Assembly (NCBI GenBank): GCA_964016885.1
Contig: OZ024743.1
Span: forward strand, 134,540,001-134,604,000
Origin: Eledone cirrhosa
Lineage: Eukaryota
DNA length: 64,000 bases
Direction of reading: 5' to 3'
The position numbers and the translations under genes were made by a program. The notes under the pieces are model-generated. The model saw only the letters and a list, made by a program, of their open reading frames with translations, did not search any database and had not been told where the DNA came from. This document shows, piece after piece, positions 1 to 9,700 of the stretch; the first letter of the stretch is position 1; each line of letters begins with the position of its first letter.

Positions 1-3000
1 TTTGGGGTTTGGCATTTGCTGTTTGGCGTTTGCTGTTTGGTGTTTGCTGTTTGGTGCTTGGTGTTTGGTGCTTGGTACTTGGTGCTAGGTGTTTGGTGTT
101 TGGTGTTTGGCACTTGGTGCTTGGTGTTTGGTGATTGGTGCTTGGTGTTTGGTACTTGGTGCTTGGTGCTTGGTGTTTGGTATTTGGTGCTTGGCGCTTG
201 GTGTTTGGTGTTTGGCGCTTGGCGTTTGCTGTTTGGCGTTTGGGGTTTGGCATTTGCTGTTTGGCGTTTGCTGTTTGGTGTTTGCTGTTTGGTGTTTGGT
301 GTTTGGTGTTTGCCGGTTGGTGTTTGGTGTTTGGTGTTTGCTGTTTGGTGTTTGCTGTTTGGTGCTTGGTGCTTGGTGTTTGGTGTATGGTGCTTGGTGC
401 TTGGTGCTTGGTGTTTGGTGCTTGGTGCTTGGTGTTTGGTGCTTGGGGCTTGTTGCTTGGTGTTTGGTGCTTGGTGTTTGGTGTTTGGTGCTTGGTACTT
501 GGTGTTTGGTGTTTGGTGCTTGGTGTTTGCTGTTTGGTGCTTGGTGCTTTGTGTTTGGTGCTTGGTGCTTGGTGCTTGGTGCTTGGTGCTTGGTGTTTGG
601 TGTTTGGTGCTTGGTGCTTGATGTTTGGTGTTTGGTGCTTGGTGCTTGGTGTTTGGTGCTTGGTGTTTGGTGCTTGGTGCTTGGTGTCTGGTGCTTGGTG
701 CTTGGTGCTTGGTGTTTGGTGCTTGGTGTTTGGTGCTTGGTGTTTGGTGTTTGGTGCTTAGTGCTTGGTGTTTGGTGCTTGGTGCTTGGTGCTTGGTGTT
801 TGGTGCTTGGTGCTTGGTGCTTGGTGCTTGGTGTTTCGTGTTTAGTGCTTGGTGCTTGGTATTTGGTGTTTGGTGCTTAGTGCTTGGTGTTTGGTGTTTG
901 GTGCTTGGTGCTTGGTGTTTGGTGTTTGGTGTTTGCTGTTTGCTGTTTGGTGATTCGTGATTGGTGTTTGATGTTTGGTGTTTGGTGTTGGGTGTTTGGT
1001 GCTTGGGGCTTGGTGTTTGCTCTTTGGTGCTTGGTGATTGGTGTTTGGTGTTGGGTGCCTGGTGCTTGGTGTTTGGTGCTTGGTGCTTGGTGCTTGGTGT
1101 TTGGTGCTTTGTGTTTGTTGCTTGGTGCTTGGTGCTTGGCGATTGGTGCTTGGTGCTTGGTGTTTGATGTGGTGCTTGGTGTTTGGTGTTTGGTATTTGG
1201 TGCTTGGTGCTTCATGCTTGGTGTTTGGTGTTTGTTTTATGGTGCATGGTGTTTGGTGCTTGGGATTTGGTGCTTGGTGCTTGGTGTTTGGTGTTTGGAG
1301 TTTGGTACTTGGTGCTTGGTGTTTGTGTTTGGTGCTTGGTGCTTGGTGTTTAGTGTTTAGTGATTGGTGCTTGGTTCTTGGTGTTTGGTGCTTGGTGCTT
1401 GGTGATTGGTGTTTGGTGCTTGGTGCTTGGTATTTGGTGCTTGGTCTTTGGTGCTTGGTGTTTGGTGCTTGGTGCTTGGTGCTTGGTGTTTGGTGCTTGT
1501 TGCTTGGCGTTTGGTGCTTGGTGCTTTGTGCTTGGTGTTTGGTGCTTGGTGCTTGGTGCTTGGTGTTTGGTGTTTAGTGCTTGGTGCTTTGTGATTGGTG
1601 CTTGTTGATTGGTGCTTGGTGTTTGGTGCTTGGTGCTTGGTGTTTGGTGTTTGGTGTTTGCTGTTTGCTGTTTGGTGTTTGCTGTTTGGTGTTTGTTGTT
1701 TGGTGTTTGCTGTTTGGTGTTTGCTATTTGGTGTTTGGTGTTTGGTGTTTGCTGTTTGGTGTTTGGTGTTTGCTGTTTGGCGTTTGGTGTTTGGCGTTTG
1801 CTGTTAGGCATCTGGTGGCTGGCATTTGCTGTTTGGCGTTTGTTGTTTGGTGTTTGGTGTTTGCTGTTTGCTGTTTGGTGTTTGCTGTTTGCTGTTTGTT
1901 TGGTGTTTGGTGTTTGGTGTTTGGTGTTTGGTGTTTGCTGTTTGGTGTTTGGTGTTTGGTGTTTGCTGTTTGGTGTTTGGTGTTTACTGTTTGGTGTTTG
2001 GTGTTTGTTGTTTGGTGATTGGTGTTTGCTGTTTGGTGTTTGGTGTTTGGTGATTGGTGTTTGCTGTTTGGTGTTTGGTGCCTGGTGTTTGGTGTTTGGT
2101 GATTGGTGCTTGGTGCTTGGTGTTTGGTGCTTGGTGCTTGGTGCTTGGTGCTTGGTGTTTGGTGTTTGGTGCTTGATGCTTGGTGTTTGGTGTTTGGCGA
2201 TTGGTGTTTGGTGTTTGGTGCTTGGTGCTTGGTGCTTGGTGCTTGTTGTTTGGTGCTTGGTGCTTGGTGCTTGTTGTTTGGTGCTTGGTGCTTGGTGCTT
2301 GGTGTTTGGTGTTTAGTGTTTGCTGTTTGGTGTTTGGTGTTTGCTGTTTGGTGTTTGCTATTTGGTGTTTGCTGTTTGGTGTTTGCTGTTTGCTGTTTGC
2401 TGTGTGGTGTTTGGTGTTTGGTGTTTGATGCTTGGTGCTTGGTTTTTTTCTCTTTGGTGCTTGGTGCTTGGTGTTTGGTGCTTGGTGCTTGGTGTTTGGT
2501 GTTTGGTGATTGGTGCTTGGTGTTTGGTGTTTGGTGCTTGGTGCTTGGTGTTTGGTGCTTGGTGCTTGGTGCTTGCTGCTTGGTGGTTGGTGCTTGGTGC
2601 TTGGTGTTTGGTGCTTGGTGCTTGGTGCTTGGTGTTTGGTGCTTGGTGCTTGGTGCTTGGTGTTTGCTGTTTAGTGCTTGGTGCTTGGTGTTTGCTGGTT
2701 GGTGTTTGGTGTTTGGTGTTTGCTGTTTGGTGTTTGCTGTTTGGTGTTTGGTGTTTGCTGTTTGGTGTTTGGTGCTTGGTGCTTGGTGTCTGGTGCTTGG
2801 TGTTTGGTGCTTGGTGTTTGGTGCTTGGTGCTTGGTGCTTGGTGTTTGGTGCTTGGTGCCTGGTGCTTGATGCTTGGTATTTGGTGTTTGGTGGTTGGTG
2901 CTTGGTGTTTGGTGTTTGGTGCTTGGTGCTTGGTGTTTTGTGTTTGGTGCTTGGGGCTTGGTGTTTGGTGTTTGGTGTTTGGTGTTTGGTGTTTGGTGCT

Positions 3001-6000
3001 TGTTGCTTGGTGCTTGGTATTTGGTGCTTGGTGCTTGGTGATTGGTGCTTGGTGCTTGGTGTTTGGTGTTTGGTGCTTGGTGTTTGGTGCTTGGAGCTTG
3101 GTGCTTGGTTTTTGGTGCTTGGTGCTTAGTGCTTGGTGCTTGGTGTCTGGTGCTTGGTGTTTGGTGTTTGGTGTTTTGTGGTAGGTGCTTGGTACTTGGT
3201 GTTTTGTGTTTGGTGCTTGGTGCTTGGTGCTTGGTGCTTGGTGTTTGGTGTTTAGTGCTTGGTGCTTGGTATTTGGTGTTTGGTGCTTGGTGCTTGGTGT
3301 TTGGTGTTTGGTGCTTGGTGCTTGGTGTTTGGTGTTTGCTGCTTGGTTCTTGGTGTTTGGTGATTGGTGCTTGGTACTTGGTGTTTGGTGCTCGGTGCTT
3401 TGTGCTTGGTGTTTCATGCTTGGTGCTTGGTGTTTGTTCTTTGGCGCTTGGTGCTTGGTGTTTGGTGCTTGGTGCTTGGTGTTTGTGGTTTGGTGTTTGG
3501 TGCTTGGTGCTTGGTGCTTGGTGTTTGGTGTTTGCTGCTTGGTTCTTGGTGCATGTTGCCTGGTGTTTGGTGTTCGGAGTTTGGTACTTGGTGCTTGGTG
3601 TTTGGTGTTTAGTGCTTGGTGCTTGGTGTTTGGTGTTTGGTGTTTAGTGCTTGGTGCTTGGTATTTGGTGTTTGGTGCTTGGTGCTTGGTGTTTGGTGTT
3701 TGGTGCTTGGTGCTTGGTGTTTGGTGTTTGCTGCTTGGTTCTTGGTGCTTGGTGCCTGGTGTTTGGTGTTCGGTGTTTGGTACTTGGTGCTTGGTGTTTG
3801 GTGTTTGGTGCTTGGTGCTTGGTGTTTGGTGTTTAGTGCTTGGTGCTTGGTGTTTGGTGTTTGGTGCTTGGTCCTTGGTGTGTGGTGCTTGGTCCTTAGT
3901 GCTTGGTTTTTGGTGCTTGGTGCTTGGTGCTTGGTTCTTGGTGTTTGGTGCTTGGTGCTTGGCGTTTGGTTCTTGGTGCTTGGTGCTTGGTGTTTGGTGC
4001 TTGGTGCTTGGTGCTTGGTGTTTGGTGTTTAGGGCTTGGTGCTTGGTGATTGGTGCTTGTTGCTTGGTGCTTGGTGTTTGGTGCTTGGTGCTTTGTGTTT
4101 GGTGTTGGGTGTTTGCTGTTTGCTGTTTGGTGTTTGCTGTTTGGTGTTTGCTGTTTGGTGTTTGCTGTTTGGTGTTTGGTGTTTGGTGTTTGCTGTTTGG
4201 TGTTTGGTGTTTGCTGTTTGGTGTTTGGTGTTTTGTGTTTGGTGTTTAGTGTTTGCTGTTTGGTGTTTGGTGTTTGGTGTTTGGTGTTTGGTGCTTGGTG
4301 ACTAATACTTGGTGTTTTGTGTTTGGTGCTTGGTGCTTTGTGCTTGGTGCTTGGTGGTTGGTGCTTGGTGTTTGGTGTTTGGAGCTTGGTGCTTGGTGTT
4401 TTGTGCTTGGTGCCTGGTGATTGGTGTTTGGTGTTTGGTGCTTGGTGTTTGGTTGTTTGGTGTTTGGTGTTTGTGTTTGCTGTTTGGCGTTTGCTGTTTG
4501 GTGTTTGCTGTTTGGTGTTTGCTGGTTGGTGTTTGCTGTTTAGTGTTTGGTGTTTGGTGTTTGGTGTTTGGTAATGGGGCTTGGTGTTTGCTCTTTGGTG
4601 CTTGGTGATTGGTTTTTGGTGTTTGGTGCTCGGTGCTTGGTGTATGCTGTTTGGTGCTTGGTGCTTGGTGCTTGGTGCTTGGTATTTGGTGTTTGGTGCT
4701 TGGTGCTTGGTGTTTGGTGTTTCGTGCTTGGTGCTTGGTTCTGGGTGCTTGGTGCTTGGTGTTTGGTGTTTGGTGCTTGACGCTTGGTGTTTGGTGCTTG
4801 GGGCTTGGTGATTGGTGTTTGGTGCTTGGTGATTGGTGCTTGGTGTTTGGTGTTTGGTGCTTGGTGCTTGGTGTTCGGTGTTTGGTGCTTGGCGTTTGGG
4901 GTATGGCGTTTGCTGTTTGGCGTTTGGGTTTTGGCATTTGCTTTTTGGCGTTTGGTGCTTGGCGTTTGCTGTTTGGTGTTTGGTGTTTGGTGTTTCTGTT
5001 TGGTGTTTGCTGTTTGGTGTTTGCTTTTTAGTGTTTGGTGTTTGGTGTTTGCTGGTTGGTGTTTGGTGCTTGGGGCTTGGTTATTGGTGCTTGGTGCTTG
5101 GTGCTCGGTGTTTGGTGTCTGGTGCTCGGTGCTTGGTGCTTGGTGTTTGGTGCTTGGTGCTTGGCACTTGGTGTTTGGCGTTTAGTGCTTGGTGCTTGGT
5201 GTTTGGTGTTTGGTGCTTGGTGCTAGGTGTTTGGTGTTTGGTGCTTGGTGCTTGGTGTTTGGCGTTTCGTGCTTGGCGCTTGCTGTTTGGCGTTTGGTGT
5301 TTGGCGTTTGCTGTTTGGCGTTTGGTGTTTGGCGTTTGATGTTTGGCGTTTGCTGTTTGGTGTTTGGTGTTTGGTGTTTGCTGTTTGCTGTTTGGTGTTT
5401 GGTGTTTGGTGTTTGGTGCTTGGTGCTTGGTGCTTGGTGCTTGGTATTTGGTGCTTGGTGCTTATTGTTTGGTTTTTGGCGCTTGGTGCTTGGTGTTTGG
5501 TGCTTGGTGCTTGGTGTTTGTTGTTTGGTGCTTGGTGTTTGGTGCTTGGAGCTTGGTGCTTGGTTTTTGGTGCTTGGTGCTTGGTGCTTCGCGTCTGGTG
5601 CTTGGTATTTGGTGCTTGGTGTTTGGTGCTTGGTGCTTGGTTCTTGGTGTTTGGTGCTTGGTGGTTGGTGGTTGGTGCTTGGTATTTGGTGTTTGGTGCT
5701 TGGTGCTTGTAGTTTGGTGTTTGGTGCTTGGTGCTTGATGTTTGGTGTTTGGTGCTTGGTGCTTGGTGTTTGGTGATTGGTGCTTGGTGCTTGGTGTTTG
5801 GTGCTTGGTGGTTGGTGCTTGGTGTTTGGTGCTTGGTGCTTGGTGTTCGGTGTTTGCGCTTGGTGCTTGGTTCTTGGTGTTTGGTGCTTGGTGCTTGGTG
5901 TTTGGTGTTTAGTGCTTGGTGCTTGGTTCTTGGTGTTTGGTGCTTGGTGCCTGGTGATTGGTGATTGGTGCTTGGTGCTTGGTATTTGGGGCTTGGTCTT

Positions 6001-6769
6001 TGGTGCTTGGTGTTTGGTGCTTGGTGCTTGGTGCTTCGTGTTTGGTGCTTGGTGCTTGGTGCTAGTTGTTTGGTGTTTAGTGCTTGGTGCTTGGTGATTG
6101 GTGCTTGTTGCTTGGTGTTGGTGTTTGCTGCTTGGTGCTTGGTGTTTGGTGTTTGGTGTTTGCTGTTTGCTGTTTGGTGTTTGCTGTTTGGTGTTTGCTG
6201 TTTGGTGTTTGCTGTTTGGTGTTTGGTGTTTGGTGTTTGCTGTTTGGTGTTTGCTGTTTGCTGTTTGGTGTTTGGTGTCTGGTGTTTGGTGATTGGTGTT
6301 TGGTGTTTGGTGTTTGGTGTTTGGTGTTTGGTGCTTGGCGCTTGGTGCTTGGTGTTTTGTGCTTGGTGCTTGGTGTTTGGTGTTTGGTGTTTGGTGTTTG
6401 TGTTTGCTGTTTGGCGTTTGCTGTTTGGTGTTTGTGTTTGGTGTTTCCTTGTTGGTGTTTGGTGTTTGCTATTTGGTGTTTGGTGTTTGCTCTTTGGTGT
6501 TTGGTGTTTAGTGTTTGCTGTTTGGTGTTTGGTGTTTGGTGTTTGGTGCTTGGGGCTTGGTGTTTGCTCTTTGGTGCTTGGTGATTGGTATTTGGTGCTT
6601 GGTGCTTCATGCTTGGTGTTTGGTGTTTGTTTTATGGTGAATGGTGTTTGGTGCTTGGGATTTGGTGCTTGGTGCTTGGTGTTTGGTGTTTGGAGTTTGG
6701 TACTTGGTGCTTGGTGTTTGTGTTTGGTGCTTGGTGCTTGGTGTTTAGTGTTTAGTGATTGGTGCTTGG

Positions 6770-9700
6770 TGCTTGGTGTATGGTGTTTAGTGCTTGGTGC
6801 TTGGTGCTTGGTGCTTGGTGTTTGGTGTTTGGTGCTTGGTGCTTGGTGTTTGGTGTTTGGTGCTTGGTGCTTGGTTCTGGGTGCTTGGTGCTTGGTGTTT
6901 GGTGTTTGGTGCTTGGTGCTTGGTGTTTGGTGCTTGGGGCTTGGTGATTGGTGTTTGGTGCTTGGTGCTTGGTGCTTGGTGCTTGGTGCTTGGTGTTTGG
7001 TGCTTGGTGTTCGGTGCTTGGTGCTTGGTGCTAGGTGTTTGGTGTTTGGTGTTTGGCGCTTGGTGCTTGGTGTTTGGTGCTTGGTGCTTGGTGTTTGGTG
7101 TTTGGTGCTTGGTGCTTGGTGCTTGGTGCTTGGTGTTTGGTGTTTGGTGCTTGGAGCTTGGTGTTTGGTGTTTGGTGCTTGGTGCTTTGTTCTGGGTGCT
7201 TGGTGCTTGGTGTTTGGTGTATGGTGCTGGGTGCTTGCTGTTTGGTGCTTGGGGCTTGGTGCTTGGTGTTTGGTGCTTGGTGCTTGGTGCTAGGTGTTTG
7301 GTTTTTGGTGTTTGGCGCTTGGTGCTTGGTGTTAGGTGATTGGTCCTTGGTGTTTGGTGTTTGGTGCTTGGTGCTTGGTGTTTGGTATTTGGTGCTTGGC
7401 GCTTGGTGTTTGGTGTTTGGTCCTTGGCGTTTGCTGTTTGGCGTTTGGGGTTTGGCGTTTGCTTTTTGGCGTTTGTTGTTTGGTGTTTGGTGCTTGGTGT
7501 TTGGTGTTTGGTACTTGGTGCTTGGTGTTTGGTGTTTGGTGCTTGGTGCTTGGTGTTTGGTGTTTGTTGCTTGGCGCTTGGTCTTTGGTGTTTGGCGCTT
7601 GGGGTTTGGCATTTGCTGTTTGGCGTTTGGGGTTTGGCGTTTACTTTTTGGCGTTTGGTGTTTGGTGTTTGGTGTTTGGTGTTTGCTGTTTGGTGTTTGC
7701 TGTTTGGTGTTTGCTGTTTGGTGTTTGGTGTTTGGTGTTTGCTGGTTGGTGTTTGGTGTTTGGTGTTTGCTGTTTGGTGTTTGCTGTTTGGTGCTTGGTG
7801 CTTGGTGTTTGGTGCATGGTGCTTGGTGCTTGGTGCTTGGTGTTTGGTGCTTGGTGCTTGGTGTTTGGTGCTTGGGACTTGGTGCTTGGTGTTTGGTGCT
7901 TGGTCTTTGGTGTTTCCTGGTTGGTGTTTGGTGTTTGCTGTTTGGTGTTTGGTGTTCGCTGTTTGGTATTTGCTATTTGTTGTTTTGTGTTTGCTGTTTG
8001 GTGTTTGGTGTTTAGTGTTTGCTATTTGGTATTTGGTGTTTTGTGTTTGGTGCTTGGGGCTTGGTGTTTGCTCTTTGGTGCTTGGTGATTGGTTTTTGGT
8101 GTTTGGTGCTTGGTGCTTGGTGTTTGGTGCTTGGTGCTTGGTGTTTGGTGCTTGGTGCTTGGTGTTTGGTGTTTGGTGCTTGGTGTTTGCTGTTTGGTGA
8201 TTGGTGCTTGGTGTTTGGTGCTTGGTGCTTGGTGTTTGGTGCTTGGTGGTTGGTGCTTGGTGTTTGGTGCTTGGTGCTTGGTGTTTGGTGTTTGGCGCTT
8301 GGTGCTTGGTGTTTGGTGCTTGGTGCTTGGAGTTTGGTGTTTGGTGCTTGGTGCTTGCTGTCTGGTGTTTGGTGCTTGGTTCTTGGTGTTTGGTGATTGG
8401 TGCCTGGTACTTGGTGTTTGGTGCTCGGTGCTTGGTGCTTGGTGTTTCGTGCTTGGTGCTAGGTGTTTGGTCTTTGACGCTTGGTGCTTGGTGTTTGGTG
8501 CTTGGTACTTGGTTTTCGGTGTTTGGCGTTAGGTGTTTGGTGCTTGGTGCTTGGTGCTTGGTTTTTGGTGTTTGGTGCTTGGTGCTTGGTGTTTGGTGTT
8601 TGGTGATTGGTGCTTGGTGTTTGGTGCTTGGGATTTGGTGCTTGGTGCTTGGTGTTTGGTGTTTGGAGTTTGGTACTTGGTGCTTGGTGTTTGGTGTTTG
8701 GTGCTTGGTGCTTGGTATTTGGTGTTTAGTGCTTGGTGCTTGGTTCTTGGTGTTTGGTGCTTGGTGCCTGGTGATTGGTGTTTGGTGCTTGGTGCTTGGT
8801 ATTTGGGGCTTGGTCTTTGGTGCTTGGTGTTTGCTGCTTGGTGCTTGGTGCTTGGTGTTTGGTGCTTGGTGCTTGGTGCTAGATGTTTGGTTTTTAGTGC
8901 TCGGTGCTTGGTGATTGGTGTTTGTTGCTTGGTGCTTGGTGTTTGGTGGTTGGTGCTTGGTGTTTGGTGTTTGGTGTTTGGTGTTTGCTGTTTGGTGTTT
9001 GCTGTTTGGTTTCTGCTGTTTGGTGTTTGCTGTTTCGTGTTTGCTGTTTGGTTTTTGTTGTTTGGTGTTTGCTGTTTGGTGTTTGGTGTTTGCTGTTTGG
9101 TGTTTGGTGTCTGGTATTTGGTGATTGGTGTTTGCTGTTTGGTGTTTGGTGTTTGGTGTTTGGTGCTTGGCGCTTGGTGCTTGGTGTTTTGTGCTTGGTG
9201 CTTGGTGCTTGTTGTTTGGTGTTTGGTGTTTGTGTTTGCTGTTTGGCGTTTGCTGTTTGGTGTTTGCTGTTTGGTGTTTCCTGGTTGGTGTTTGGTGTTT
9301 GCTATTTGGTGTTTGGTGTTTGCTGTTTGGTGTTTGGTGTTTAGTGTTTGTTGTTTGGTGTTTGGTGTTTGGTGTTTGGTGCTTGGGGCTTGGTGTTTGC
9401 TCTTTGGTGCTTGGTGATTGGTTTTTGGTGTTTGGTGCTTGGTGCTTGGTGTATGGTGTTTGGTGCTTGGTGCTTGGTGCTTGGTGCTTGGTGTTTGGTG
9501 TTTGGTGCTTGGTGCTTGGTGTTTGGTGTTTGGTGCTTGGTGCTTGGTTCTGGGTGCATGGTGTTTGGTGTTTGGTGTTTGCTGTTTGGTGTTTGGTGTT
9601 TGCTGTTTGGTGTTTGGTGTCTGGTCTCTGGTGATTGGTGTTTGGTGTTTGGTGTTTGGTGTTTGGTGTTTGGTGCTTGGCGCTTGGTGCTTGGTGTTTT

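Noticed and set aside
1811-1819. Chi-like site (CTGGTGG) and recurrent GCTGGTTGG
   Set aside because: Neither matches E. coli Chi GCTGGTGG exactly, and near matches are expected by chance in a TGG-rich repeat.
2443-2455. Pyrimidine run TTTTTTTCTCTTT as a terminator or splice acceptor
   Set aside because: It is explained as mutated TTGGTGT-TTGCTCT units with one extra T. There is no hairpin and no AG.
4299-4308. TGACTAAT as a spliceosomal branch point
   Set aside because: It fits CTRAY but has no adjacent polypyrimidine tract with a YAG acceptor and no exon-like sequence follows.
9230-9397. Constant 167-bp marker spacing resembling chromatosome length
   Set aside because: It is only the inherited distance between two arbitrary markers in a duplicated module (23 units plus 6 bp), not a repeating period.
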